In this document: piece by piece, positions 29,115 through 38,750 of the stretch
How positions within the stretch are numbered: position 1 is the stretch's first letter
Layout of the letters: every line of letters begins with the position of its first letter
From: a virus
Length of the DNA: 64,000 nucleotides
Reading direction: 5' to 3' (one strand)
Virus record (IMG/VR): IMGVR_UViG_3300027709_000056
Location: 96,001-160,000 of that record
Made by a program: the position numbers and the translations under genes
Notes under the pieces: model-generated
What the model was told of the DNA's origin: nothing
Seen by the model: the letters and a program-made list of their open reading frames with translations, nothing else
Database searches by the model: none

Positions 29115-30172
29115 TGTGGTACTCCGAACTTATTGTAAATTTCTGGAAAAACATCTGCATATATTATTTTGTCTTTATTGTATCGCCAAAATTCTTCTGG
29201 AATTGATTTTTGATCATTAACAATTTCTTGTAGTCTATTATAATTATAATTAACAGTTGCTTTTGCTGACTGATAAAGAGTTTTATAATCTTCATGGGCT
29301 AGAGATTTAATTTGATCACATATTGATGTAATACGTCCTTTTAAATTCATATCTCTATCAAAACTATAATCAAATAATTCGTTATATAATTTAAACCCAA
29401 GGTTTTCTAATCTTGTATGAATTCCTTGTTCGCCTAAAATTATAAACGGCTTCTTAGCCAATACAGCTGAATAAGTTTTTTCAGTTAGGAACGGACTTGT
29501 ATGAGTTGACTCTAATATAAGATTAAAAACTGTTTTAAAATAATGCTCTGGCAACATTTCTTGACAAGCACCTCGTGTTAAATCCATATCATAATCATCT
29601 AAAACCATTTTTTGATTTTTAAATGCTTGGAACTTATAAGGCTGTAACATTTCTTTTTTGTGCCAAGATATATGTCCGTATCGTAATAAATCTCTTTTAG
29701 CTAATTCATCCATCATCGCACATCTATGATAGTGGGCACGATTGTTAAGTGATATATAAAGTTTATTAATATTTCTAACTTTCTTGATAGTGTCTTTGTG
29801 TGTTCTATACCAAGTATGATGTATCCAATACGTAGGCCAGGTTTTTATAGATACATTTGGCATATCATTAAGATAAGCTATTTTATTTGATAGCCTGCCA
29901 AGCATAAATTCTAAATGAATATTATTTTGTTCAAGAATAGTTTGAGCATCGTGTCTTAGTTGTTCATCGCGAGCCCAATAGTTATCACAGAAGGGTGAAT
30001 GTTCTTCAGGATTCCAAATTATTAATCTGGTATCATTATACTGCCCTAACCAGTTTAAAAGTTTCTGGTGAGTTTTAAAAACCCGCTTGTCAGGAATCGG
30101 GCAGAAATAGTTAATGTTCATTCCTTTATTTGCGGAGGCCTTTAGGGCCGTACCAAAAGTATTCTCTATCAT
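29111..30172 (-). CDS. Hypothetical protein, glycosyltransferase-like (true start probably 30121)
   Basis: FNLILES...FLTEKTY...KPFIILG pattern seen in GT-like phage proteins; exact activity unclear. Confidence 0.5.
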   Translation of the reverse strand: MIENTFGTALKASANKGMNINYFCPIPDKRVFKTHQKLLNWLGQYNDTRLIIWNPEEHSPFCDNYWARDEQLRHDAQTILEQNNIHLEFMLGRLSNKIAYLNDMPNVSIKTWPTYWIHHTWYRTHKDTIKKVRNINKLYISLNNRAHYHRCAMMDELAKRDLLRYGHISWHKKEMLQPYKFQAFKNQKMVLDDYDMDLTRGACQEMLPEHYFKTVFNLILESTHTSPFLTEKTYSAVLAKKPFIILGEQGIHTRLENLGFKLYNELFDYSFDRDMNLKGRITSICDQIKSLAHEDYKTLYQSAKATVNYNYNRLQEIVNDQKSIPEEFWRYNKDKIIYADVFPEIYNKFGVPQ

Positions 30173-30443
30173 TTATAGCCTTGTCATCTATCCATACATC
30201 ATAATGGGGTTTGCCTACTTTAATTGATGTTGCTTTAACTCCCCAGCCTTCTAATTGTGCCTTAGTAAACTCTATATAATCTTTACCGGACCTTGCACCT
30301 CTGGCTGTCCAATAATGTACCTCGTTACCTTCATCAAAGAGTTTATTTAAAATTTCTATTCTTGCCTTAATTGGTTTGCTTTCTTTATAATTACTACCGT
30401 CAGTATAACATATTGTTCCGTCTATGTCTACCACATATATCAT
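30126..30443 (-). CDS. Small HAD-superfamily phosphatase
   Basis: VDIDGTIC, WTARG, GKP, IDDKA; start re-assigned via ATGA overlap. Confidence 0.85.
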   Translation of the reverse strand: MIYVVDIDGTICYTDGSNYKESKPIKARIEILNKLFDEGNEVHYWTARGARSGKDYIEFTKAQLEGWGVKATSIKVGKPHYDVWIDDKAINDREYFWYGPKGLRK

Positions 30444-30724
30444 AAAAATAATCGCCAAATCGCAATACCGTTCATTATTGAAAACCACGAACATAAGAGT
30501 ATTACAAATGCCGCCTTTCGAATAACTGCACTAACTACACCCAACATAGATCCAACAAAATACATCGGAATAAAAAGTTTGGTTGCAGGATCAAGTACAG
30601 TATAGGTTAATATTGCACTAGCTGAAATCAAAAAAGTTGCTTCAACCATTTCACAATAAAATGCCGTAGGACTTAACCGGTGACTTTCTTTTAGGAAATT
30701 TGTTACTTTACTTAAAATTATCAC
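30440..30724 (-). CDS. Small membrane protein
   Basis: 94 aa, about three hydrophobic segments. Confidence 0.65.
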   Translation of the reverse strand: MIILSKVTNFLKESHRLSPTAFYCEMVEATFLISASAILTYTVLDPATKLFIPMYFVGSMLGVVSAVIRKAAFVILLCSWFSIMNGIAIWRLFL

Positions 30725-30981
30725 TTATCTTTGCCGAGGGTAACAACTAATGTCTCCAAGTCATCAAATGCTTCTGCGTGGGCTGTCCAATCTCTTTTAT
30801 GGGCAACTTTAATTGCTTTATTAATCAAAGCAGGTTTCATATCCAATTCTTCAGCTACTGCTTTCACAGTATCTTTAAGTCCAGCTTGAAGATCTTCAAC
30901 TTCTTGAAGAACGTTACTACCTTCGTTCACTAGTCTTGTTAATTTGTCCTTTTCATCTGGACCGTATACTCGATCACTCAT
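30721..30981 (-). CDS. DsbA-like double-stranded DNA-binding protein (T4 DsbA/GapR-like)
   Basis: 86 aa; coiled coil plus VAEELDMKPALINKAIKV helix pattern. Confidence 0.6.
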   Translation of the reverse strand: MSDRVYGPDEKDKLTRLVNEGSNVLQEVEDLQAGLKDTVKAVAEELDMKPALINKAIKVAHKRDWTAHAEAFDDLETLVVTLGKDK

Positions 30982-31004
30982 GTGATTCCTCCATTTAATT
31001 GTTT

Positions 31005-31033
31005 ATTATACTACCTCATAGCCTCATTGTCAA
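31005..31033 (-). promoter_or_regulatory. sigma70-type promoter
   Basis: TTGACA-17 nt-TATAAT; SD GGAGG follows. Confidence 0.85.
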
Positions 31034-31592
31034 GTACTATTTTTGAATTAGCTTGTTCAACTTTTTGGCAAAGATTTCCAGATATACAAACTCTATTATG
31101 CTCACATTCTTGTTTTGGTACCATATGTGATACCCCACCTGGAAAAATTATTACTAAACCTGTATTTGGTTTAATAGCTTTTTGAGCCCCAGGGAAAACT
31201 AATGGTGCACAATTTGGACAAGCATCTACATAATACGTAAATGAATATGTTGCTGGCCAATGTGCGTGTTGGTTAGTTGTATCTCCCTGTTTGTAATTAA
31301 TACCCCAACAATCGATACAATAAAGTTCTGATGTCTTTAATGGTGAAGAAGGAGTATCACCTTCTTTTAGAGTTTCAATAACCCAATCAATTATAGGTAC
31401 AAAGTGTTCATTTGAAAACATATCCCAAGCCGTCATATTTGCTTGGACATTGGTTCTTCTGTATTGCTGATCGCCAGAACTCTTAATAATTTGTGTGAGA
31501 GTTTCTTTTACTTCTTCAGCTTTAGGATATACGTTAGTATAAACATCGTGCGGTTCAGTAAATAAAAGGTTTTCTATTCTTAAATCTTGCAT
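31011..31592 (-). CDS. Putative 2OG-Fe(II) oxygenase
   Basis: HAH, YYV, IIFPGGVSHMV, RVCISGN. Confidence 0.8.
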   Translation of the reverse strand: MQDLRIENLLFTEPHDVYTNVYPKAEEVKETLTQIIKSSGDQQYRRTNVQANMTAWDMFSNEHFVPIIDWVIETLKEGDTPSSPLKTSELYCIDCWGINYKQGDTTNQHAHWPATYSFTYYVDACPNCAPLVFPGAQKAIKPNTGLVIIFPGGVSHMVPKQECEHNRVCISGNLCQKVEQANSKIVLDNEAMR

Positions 31593-31601
31593 TAACAGTA
31601 C

Positions 31602-32270
31602 TTATGTACTGCTATTGTCCTTGGATTCGTCTTCCGACTTGTATGCCCAATCGTCAGTATGTCCTACTGTCCATTTATCTGTATTTTCAACTTTATAGTT
31701 TTGACTACAAACTTTAAAATCACAAGGAAGAGTTTTTTCTGGAATTAAACTAGCATCCGTCCATATTATTCTATTATTCGGTTGTGCCGCAAATTGTCCA
31801 TTGTCTAGTCTAATAATATTAAATGATTTATGTTCCGGATCGTATTCAGCAAATCCTAAATTTACATGGTTCATATCTGCATGACAATTATCTATCGTAA
31901 ACATATACTCGCCTTTATGCATTTTACGATCCTTGCCATAAAATTGACAAGTGCCAAGCATTTGTTTTTCAATAACTGTAAAGTCGTAGTCAAAACAATC
32001 CCATAGTTGTAAGATATGTAATGGTAACGGTTCTGATACTTCTTCTTTCCATACAAACGCTGATAAAGGTAATTTATCATATAACGCCCCGTATTCAGTT
32101 AATAATGTTTCGAAGTATAATGCTTTTCCTAGTACACTTTTTACGCTAATCCATATACCCGGAGTAAGTTCTCCGTGACCTTTTTCCAGGTCATATAAGT
32201 ATTCTTTTTTAACAAGTACGTGTATTGGTGGTATAGAACCAACAAGAAAAGCCATACGGTCTCCATTCAA
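31602..32270 (-). CDS. Conserved-looking phage hypothetical protein
   Basis: 222-aa ORF; AATAAATA motif at 32275-32282 upstream. Confidence 0.75.
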   Translation of the reverse strand: MNGDRMAFLVGSIPPIHVLVKKEYLYDLEKGHGELTPGIWISVKSVLGKALYFETLLTEYGALYDKLPLSAFVWKEEVSEPLPLHILQLWDCFDYDFTVIEKQMLGTCQFYGKDRKMHKGEYMFTIDNCHADMNHVNLGFAEYDPEHKSFNIIRLDNGQFAAQPNNRIIWTDASLIPEKTLPCDFKVCSQNYKVENTDKWTVGHTDDWAYKSEDESKDNSST

Positions 32271-32297
32271 GATATATTTATTAAAAAAGGATTATTG

Positions 32298-33071
32298 TTA
32301 AGCCTGAGCCTGATTGGCTTTAGCTTGTTTCATTAGTAATTTGAATTTACCAAACAGTTGTGGATCTTGCATCATTGTTTGAATGCTTTGTGTATAAGGT
32401 GCTATTGCTTTTATTAAGTTAGGAGGTAATGTGCTTCCTGCACCCACTTTATCTAATCCTTTAGCTACCATACTTCCACTTGCACTACCGCCAGCAACAC
32501 CTTTTAATGCTGTGGCTCTTTGTGCAACTTTGGCTGTTGCTTTTGGATCTATTGGTGCTTGATCTGATCCTGGTGGAATTTCTTGTGCTGGTGTTTGTGC
32601 TTGTTGTTGTTTAAAACCTTGTGCCGCCTGTTGTGCTACACCTTTAACTTTATCAACACCTTGTCCAACTGCCGCGCCTGCCTGTTGTGCAATTGCTCCA
32701 ACTCCGCCTGCGGCGTCAACAGCTTGTCCAACGGCTTTGGCTCCTTGAGCAATTCCACGTCCAGCCGCTTTGGCTCCTTGACCAGCCGCCTTAGCTCCTG
32801 CTTTAGCTCCTTTAACAGCTAACTTACCAGCCGCCTTAGCTCCTGCTTTAGCTCCTTTAACAGCTAACTTGCCTCCAGCCTTTGCCGCTTTGGCTCCTAC
32901 TTTACCAACACCTTTTGCTACTGCTCCTGCACCCTTCGCCGCCATTCTTCCTATGCCAGCAAGTGCAGGTAATATTTCATTTATTTCTTCGTCAGACATA
33001 CCTTCAGTAATGTAGCCGTGCTTCTTACCGTAATTAATTAAAGCATCTCTTTCAAATTGTTGAAATCTCAT
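32298..33071 (-). CDS. Ala/Gly/Lys-rich low-complexity protein with capsid-targeting-like N-terminus
   Basis: MRFQQFE start; AGAKAAG repeats. Confidence 0.75.
   Translation of the reverse strand: MRFQQFERDALINYGKKHGYITEGMSDEEINEILPALAGIGRMAAKGAGAVAKGVGKVGAKAAKAGGKLAVKGAKAGAKAAGKLAVKGAKAGAKAAGQGAKAAGRGIAQGAKAVGQAVDAAGGVGAIAQQAGAAVGQGVDKVKGVAQQAAQGFKQQQAQTPAQEIPPGSDQAPIDPKATAKVAQRATALKGVAGGSASGSMVAKGLDKVGAGSTLPPNLIKAIAPYTQSIQTMMQDPQLFGKFKLLMKQAKANQAQA
32781..32870. repeat. Perfect 2 x 45-bp tandem repeat (encodes KLAVKGAKAGAKAAG twice)
   Basis: accagccgccttagctcctgctttagctcctttaacagctaactt at 32781-32825 and 32826-32870. Confidence 0.95.
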
Positions 33072-33188
33072 TTATTTTTTCTTCTTTAACCAGTTTAACG
33101 GATTAAGTTTGCCAGCTAGGTCTTCAACTTTTTCGTTTACCCACCAACCAACTACAAAACCGATTATAAATCCTATTGTTAAAAACAT
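33072..33188 (-). CDS. Small membrane protein (38 aa; not in ORF track)
   Basis: MFLTIGFIIGFVVGWWVNEKVEDLAGKLNPLNWLKKKK exactly fills the gap between neighbours. Confidence 0.7.
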   Translation of the reverse strand: MFLTIGFIIGFVVGWWVNEKVEDLAGKLNPLNWLKKKK

Positions 33189-33587
33189 TTATGCCCCACC
33201 TTTTTTAAGTTGTATCATTAATTGATTTATTTGTTTCTTTAATTCTGCATTTTCTGCCGCGAGTGCTTTAAGTTGTTTTTGCACATTAGGATCTGCTTTT
33301 GCTCCTTTATCCGCTTTCCCTTTTGCCTTAGGATCTGCAAAAGGAATTCTTCCTTTTTTATCCATCGCCTGACCTGGTAAGATACCAGTTGGGTCTTTTG
33401 CTTTTACGGCAGAGCCATGTTTTTTATTAAACATATCCGCATAGCCACTCATTTTATTTGCTATGTTTGAGCCACGAACTGATTTATCAAGTTTTGTGAT
33501 TGGACCACCTTGTGTCCAACCAGCTTTGGCTTTTTGACCTACAGCTTTCGCAAAAGGACCTTCGCTAATTAAATCGCGAATTTTCAT
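33189..33587 (-). CDS. Basic hypothetical protein, putative internal virion protein
   Basis: MKIRDLISE start; C-terminal coiled coil. Confidence 0.7.
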   Translation of the reverse strand: MKIRDLISEGPFAKAVGQKAKAGWTQGGPITKLDKSVRGSNIANKMSGYADMFNKKHGSAVKAKDPTGILPGQAMDKKGRIPFADPKAKGKADKGAKADPNVQKQLKALAAENAELKKQINQLMIQLKKGGA

Positions 33588-34081
33588 TTTACAGCGTCCT
33601 TTAATTTGTTATGTAATGTTTCTTTATAAGTAGATTCTTTGTTTACTAAATCAGTTAAAAATTTATTAACTTTTTCTATAGTATCAAATTCACCTACTAG
33701 TTTATTATGTTGGAATACTTTAAAAGGTTCACCTTTGAATTTTGTAGTATGAATTCCATACTTATTCATTCCTGGACCATAAGGATCGGCAGGTTTAGTT
33801 CCTTCTGTAACGCCTGCTGAATCAAATTTTGTTGCATAATCAAGATGATGATAAACTGTACTTAAATAATCTGATGCTTTAGTAATTTTAGCTGAAACCC
33901 ATCCGTCTAAGCCTTCTTCTTCAGACATAGTTTTCATCATCTCATGAAGTTTAATAGAATATTTTGCGGCTTTATATAATTCAGCTCTAGCGAGTTGGAT
34001 TTCGTGGTCTTGCTCAACTTTATGAGCCAAGTCAGCTAAATCTTCTTGAACTTCTTGTTTTGTTATTTCTTTTTCTCGCAT
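33584..34081 (-). CDS. Hypothetical protein, putative internal virion protein
   Basis: 165 aa; GATAAATA motif at 34099-34106 upstream. Confidence 0.7.
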   Translation of the reverse strand: MREKEITKQEVQEDLADLAHKVEQDHEIQLARAELYKAAKYSIKLHEMMKTMSEEEGLDGWVSAKITKASDYLSTVYHHLDYATKFDSAGVTEGTKPADPYGPGMNKYGIHTTKFKGEPFKVFQHNKLVGEFDTIEKVNKFLTDLVNKESTYKETLHNKLKDAVK

Positions 34082-34101
34082 AGTGTTTCCTTATTGTATA
34101 T

Positions 34102-35991
34102 TTATCGCTTTACAGGTGTGCCACCCATTAAATTATTACCCATATCTAAGGCGTTTACTGTTGTACCGTCAGCTTTTTTCTTTTGTGGTGCCTTAGGTGC
34201 TCCAAATTTACCTTTTTTCTTAGGATTATGATATGCAAGAACAGGATTAGCCACTGTAGCAATAGCACCAGCACTAGTTGAACCAGCTGTAGCTGTTTCG
34301 CCTATTTCTTTCATACCATCATATATTTGTGATTCATAATTTTCAGCGTTTTCTTTATCATAATTAACTTTCCACGTTGCTAATTCTCTATATCTACGTC
34401 TTACTTCATCAGCAAGTTCCGGATCGCTTTTCATATAGCGTTCTAAACTATAAAGAGTTTTCATTTTTTCTCTATAGTCTTCTAAATCTGTAACGCCAAA
34501 TTTTTCTTCAGACATAAATGCTTCCTTTTTATCTTTTGATAATGTTTTTGCTTCTTCTTCATCATCGTCATCATATTCACGTCCTGGAACATTTGTTAGA
34601 TCACGTGCGGCAGTACCAAATTCTTTTTCATCATCATCTGTCCAGTCGTCATCTTCTGGATCTCTATTACTAGGATGATCTGGCCAATTCATTTCATCAT
34701 TTGATGGATCAATACGTCCCCAATATTGGTGTTCGCTTGAGTAGTCTTTAGTTGAATCATAAAATTCGTGGTCTTGAACTCTATCACTATTTTTGCCATC
34801 TAGCCATTTATCAAATGCTTCGTCATAATTTTTTGCAGGTACTTTATAGATGTGCATTTCTGTTGGTGTATCAGTAATCATATGCGTACCTTCTGCATCG
34901 GCATCATAATCATCTGGATCTAACCAGTTACGTCCGATCGGATTTGATTTGTGCCACATTGATGAATATGCTTTATGCGATTTTGAATCAAGATCTTCGT
35001 TTGCTCTTTTTAATGCGTTAGCAACGTCTGGATGTTTTGATAATCCTTTTTTAAGTTTTTCAATAGTATTTGATGCTCCAGTGTAATTGCCATCTTTATA
35101 TCTTTTATCAAAAGCAATACCTTTTGCTTGTTTAATTTCTTTATCAGTTGGTTTTTCTTTATCTTCTTTAATTGCATTACAATCACAATGAGGACAATCT
35201 GGTGGACAATGACATTCGCTAACTGGCACACCACAACAGGCTTCAGGACACATTTTTTCTTTTGCTTCACCTATATCCCATGGATGTTTCCAATCACGTC
35301 TTTTAGTAGCTTTACCTAATGCATCTGTAGGATGTTCAAGATCTAGTTCATCGCGGTTCATATACTTTGTGTCACCGTTTTGAAATTCTACTTTATATAC
35401 TCCAGCTTTAGGATCAGCTTGTATTATTTTTACTCTACGTCCTTTAATTGTTCTTACAACTGTTCCAACTCGATCGTCAATAAATTCTTTAATGCTTTCG
35501 CCGTTTGATCTTGTTTTATATACGTTATGTATTTTGTCAATTGCGTCTGGCCAACCGTCTACAATAACTCTTGACATACTTTCAGCAGGACCGTATTTTT
35601 TATCTAATACGTGTTGAGCTAGTTCTAACCCATAGCCTAAATGAGCTTCAGCAACTCCTAAAAGTCTTGCTGGAGCATTGTCATCAGCTTCTGATACATT
35701 CGTTTTATGTTTGATATATGCTTGGATAATTTCATCATCCATATCGTGTAGAGCTTTCCACTCTGGCATATCAGCATATGGCTTTGCAATTGGATTGTCT
35801 TTATCTTGTTTTATAGGACTTTCTTCAATGTCTTTGTCTTTGTATTTTGCTTTGCGTGGAATTTCTTTAGTTTTATCACCATGAGAACCAGACGCACCAC
35901 TCTTTTTAAGATCTTGCATCTGTTTCCAATTAGGATCGCGGGGTTTTACTACTCTGCCATCCTTATATTTTTTAAGCTCGTTAAATCTCAT
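34102..35991 (-). CDS. Large modular protein, putative internal head polyprotein
   Basis: MRFNEL start; modules separated by hydrophobic-x-E sites; includes a Cys-rich segment; CATAAATAC motif at 36009-36017. Confidence 0.75.
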   Translation of the reverse strand: MRFNELKKYKDGRVVKPRDPNWKQMQDLKKSGASGSHGDKTKEIPRKAKYKDKDIEESPIKQDKDNPIAKPYADMPEWKALHDMDDEIIQAYIKHKTNVSEADDNAPARLLGVAEAHLGYGLELAQHVLDKKYGPAESMSRVIVDGWPDAIDKIHNVYKTRSNGESIKEFIDDRVGTVVRTIKGRRVKIIQADPKAGVYKVEFQNGDTKYMNRDELDLEHPTDALGKATKRRDWKHPWDIGEAKEKMCPEACCGVPVSECHCPPDCPHCDCNAIKEDKEKPTDKEIKQAKGIAFDKRYKDGNYTGASNTIEKLKKGLSKHPDVANALKRANEDLDSKSHKAYSSMWHKSNPIGRNWLDPDDYDADAEGTHMITDTPTEMHIYKVPAKNYDEAFDKWLDGKNSDRVQDHEFYDSTKDYSSEHQYWGRIDPSNDEMNWPDHPSNRDPEDDDWTDDDEKEFGTAARDLTNVPGREYDDDDEEEAKTLSKDKKEAFMSEEKFGVTDLEDYREKMKTLYSLERYMKSDPELADEVRRRYRELATWKVNYDKENAENYESQIYDGMKEIGETATAGSTSAGAIATVANPVLAYHNPKKKGKFGAPKAPQKKKADGTTVNALDMGNNLMGGTPVKR

Positions 35992-36012
35992 AGTTTTTCC
36001 TAGCTTTAGTAT

Positions 36013-37764
36013 TTATGCTTTTGCTAGTTTCGTAGCTGTAGCATACATAACTGCTTTAGCGTCATCGCCATAGCGTTTTGTGAAGCCTTTTTTGTCTTTT
36101 TTCATGCCCTTAACAATACGTTCTTTGCTTTTTTCTTCACCCTTTGAAAGTTCACGCTCTGTAGCTGGATTTCTACCTTTTCTAGCGTGTGCTCTAGGCG
36201 AATGTTCATCATCATGTATAGTATAGTTTTTACCATCCCACGTTACATCATGACCTGAAAGAAGTTCATATATTTTCTTTAATAACCTTGGGTCATATTC
36301 TGATTTGCCATATCCTTTTTGTGGCTGTCTAACTTTATCAGCAACAAAGTCTTTAAAATCGCTGTATTTCATTTTTAAAGGACCTTCACTAATAACTATA
36401 CTTTCTGGAGTATCGTATCTAGTATCTACATTGCCGTCTACATCTTTAGTTTTATATCCTATACGTTTTAAATTTTTCTTTAAATGTTTCTTTTCACCTT
36501 TGCCACCATAAGGTGCTATCATAACGCTAGGGTCACCAGCATTTTTATCATCTTTTTTTGATTTTTTTACATTTGCTATATTTGTTCCTACTCTAAGAAA
36601 ATCTGATGATGAATCTGTATCTACAGCAAAGCTGTTTTTAGGATTAGGAATTAATTCACCTTCTTTAAAATATTTTTCTAAGTTTTTAGCAGTTCTTTCG
36701 AACTTATGATCTTTATGTTTAAATCCTATTCCACCAGCACCTTCCCATTTAGCAACATTTTGCCCAAAGTCATCAATTAAGATGTTTGGTGTTCCATCTT
36801 TTTGTACAGCATATTGTTTTTTATTAGTTGTAATAATAACATCATCGGGTGGAAATGCTTTTAAATTCTTTTGCACCCATTCTCTTTTACTAGGCTCAAC
36901 TCTATGATCGTCTGCCATCGGTGCAGAAAGAATTATGTAACTTCCTTTAATTTGTTTAATAATGCCTAATAGATTATCGGCATTAGATGTTGGTTTTAGT
37001 TTAGTCCAAAAGTCTGGAGTATTTCTAATTTTATCAAGTCCTACATTTACATTCGAAATGTCTTTCCAAGTTTTAACTCCCATTAATTTAGTCCAAGCAC
37101 CAAAGAAATCTACAAGTACTCCATCCATGTCTACATAAATTTTGCTGTTACTTGATAAACCTTTAGCTTCTTTTTCTTGTAGGTTATCTGGAACATCAAA
37201 TTGCCATACTTTACCCTTACCAGTTGTTCTTATTGCCGCGGTAAGTCTTGTATTACCACCTACAAGCTCTAACCATCCATCACTATAACTTGCAACAATA
37301 GGTAATTCAATTTTACCTGTTTGTAATTGTTGTACTACTCTTTTTTTCCGTACAGGATCTATTTTATCCCAATCTTTTACGTTACCAGCTTCAGTATTTT
37401 TAATCTTTTTAACTGTTTCAGCATCATAGTCTACTACTTTACCTTTTTTAGCAAGAGCAATCCATTTATCTTTACCTATATTTTTAAATTCCTTGTAACG
37501 TTTTGCTTCGCCCCATTCATTATCAAAGTTAGGGTCAGTATATGCAATAGAGTTTTTTGATTCTGACATTCCTAAATTAAAAAGTGTATTAGGGTTAGTA
37601 TTTTTGTATGCTTTATCGTGCATAAAGTAGCCAGGACGGCCATCTTTGTCAACTTTGTTTCCGAATTTAGCGGCTTGTTTTTTAATTTCGTCAGGGCCTA
37701 CGTCAGATGTTTGATTCTGCTTTGTAATTCTGCCGACACCTTCGTATAACTGACGTAATTTCAT
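36013..37764 (-). CDS. Modular protein with ParB/Srx-like and HAD 5'(3')-nucleotidase-like domains
   Basis: MKLRQLYE start (TAATG overlap); LPIV..LELVGGNTRL; IYVDMDGVLVDF ... ILIDD. Confidence 0.75.
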   Translation of the reverse strand: MKLRQLYEGVGRITKQNQTSDVGPDEIKKQAAKFGNKVDKDGRPGYFMHDKAYKNTNPNTLFNLGMSESKNSIAYTDPNFDNEWGEAKRYKEFKNIGKDKWIALAKKGKVVDYDAETVKKIKNTEAGNVKDWDKIDPVRKKRVVQQLQTGKIELPIVASYSDGWLELVGGNTRLTAAIRTTGKGKVWQFDVPDNLQEKEAKGLSSNSKIYVDMDGVLVDFFGAWTKLMGVKTWKDISNVNVGLDKIRNTPDFWTKLKPTSNADNLLGIIKQIKGSYIILSAPMADDHRVEPSKREWVQKNLKAFPPDDVIITTNKKQYAVQKDGTPNILIDDFGQNVAKWEGAGGIGFKHKDHKFERTAKNLEKYFKEGELIPNPKNSFAVDTDSSSDFLRVGTNIANVKKSKKDDKNAGDPSVMIAPYGGKGEKKHLKKNLKRIGYKTKDVDGNVDTRYDTPESIVISEGPLKMKYSDFKDFVADKVRQPQKGYGKSEYDPRLLKKIYELLSGHDVTWDGKNYTIHDDEHSPRAHARKGRNPATERELSKGEEKSKERIVKGMKKDKKGFTKRYGDDAKAVMYATATKLAKA

Positions 37765-38366
37765 TATGCCGCCCAAACATGAGTTGCACCACGTTGTTTT
37801 CCAATACGTGCAATTTTATTCATCATCATTATTACTTCATTAAAGTAACCTTCACGTTTGCCGCCACCAATCATTGTAGCACCGCCGCCACTTTTATCTA
37901 CTGTAGTAGGTTCCTCTGCTGAACGTTTGCCTATATGTCGTTTTAACCATTGAGTAGTGAATGCAATGAACTCGTCTATAGGGACATTAGAGTCCGGATC
38001 TCCAAATCCAAGCTCGTCAAACACTTCACGCATATTTGAATTAGACAAATTTAAATCTAGTTCTGGATCGTAATCAGGATTTTCAGGTGGTTCTTCATCA
38101 CCATACATATACTTGTCTGAATTTTTATAAAAGTCATCACCATAACGGCTTCCTGAATCAGTATCGCTAGTCCAGTAACCTTTTTCTTTGTCTTTATGAC
38201 CAGCGGCAAAGCTCATACTTTCATTAGCTTTATTATTGCCTTTGTTTTTAAAGTCAAATCTGTTATTTGGACCAATACCTTTTTTATGTATTAAACCTTG
38301 TGGCTTAATTGTTTGAGGCATTATTATCCATTCTTGTTTGTAACCTAAAACTTCAGTTATTTTCAT
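37764..38366 (-). CDS. Hypothetical protein, putative internal virion protein
   Basis: MKITEVL start; 200 aa. Confidence 0.7.
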   Translation of the reverse strand: MKITEVLGYKQEWIIMPQTIKPQGLIHKKGIGPNNRFDFKNKGNNKANESMSFAAGHKDKEKGYWTSDTDSGSRYGDDFYKNSDKYMYGDEEPPENPDYDPELDLNLSNSNMREVFDELGFGDPDSNVPIDEFIAFTTQWLKRHIGKRSAEEPTTVDKSGGGATMIGGGKREGYFNEVIMMMNKIARIGKQRGATHVWAA

Positions 38367-38581
38367 TTTTTACGCCCCCTAAATGGTACGTTACTTGCAA
38401 CCATGAAAGGTCTACTAAACCAAAGTTTGAACCAATCTTCTGTACCTGGTTTAATACCTTGTTCTTTTTCTTTTTTCTTTAATGCCGCGGCAGTTATACT
38501 AGGATTCTCGTCTATTTTGTATTCAGAGTATCCTTGAAACTCGTTAACCCCTGCTAATTGTTTTAATCTTTCTATATCCAT
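38363..38581 (-). CDS. Hypothetical protein
   Basis: 72 aa, MDIERLKQLAG start, ATGA coupling. Confidence 0.7.
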   Translation of the reverse strand: MDIERLKQLAGVNEFQGYSEYKIDENPSITAAALKKKEKEQGIKPGTEDWFKLWFSRPFMVASNVPFRGRKK

Positions 38582-38582
38582 T

Positions 38583-38750
38583 TTACTTTTTATCTATTCC
38601 ACAATATTTACTTGCTTCGTCTACTTTGCCCATGCTAATTTTATGAAATGTTTTCATAATGTTTTTATGCTTTACGTTATTCGGACATGAACATTGCCAT
38701 TGATACATCGCTTCGCATTTTACACAATATCTAGACTTTAGTTTACTGAT
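38583..38750 (-). CDS. Small Cys-rich protein with apparent ATC start (55 aa; not in ORF track)
   Basis: AAGGAG-6 nt-ATC then SKLKSRYCVKCEAMYQWQCSCPNNVKH...; fills the gap exactly. Confidence 0.5.
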   Translation of the reverse strand: MSKLKSRYCVKCEAMYQWQCSCPNNVKHKNIMKTFHKISMGKVDEASKYCGIDKK

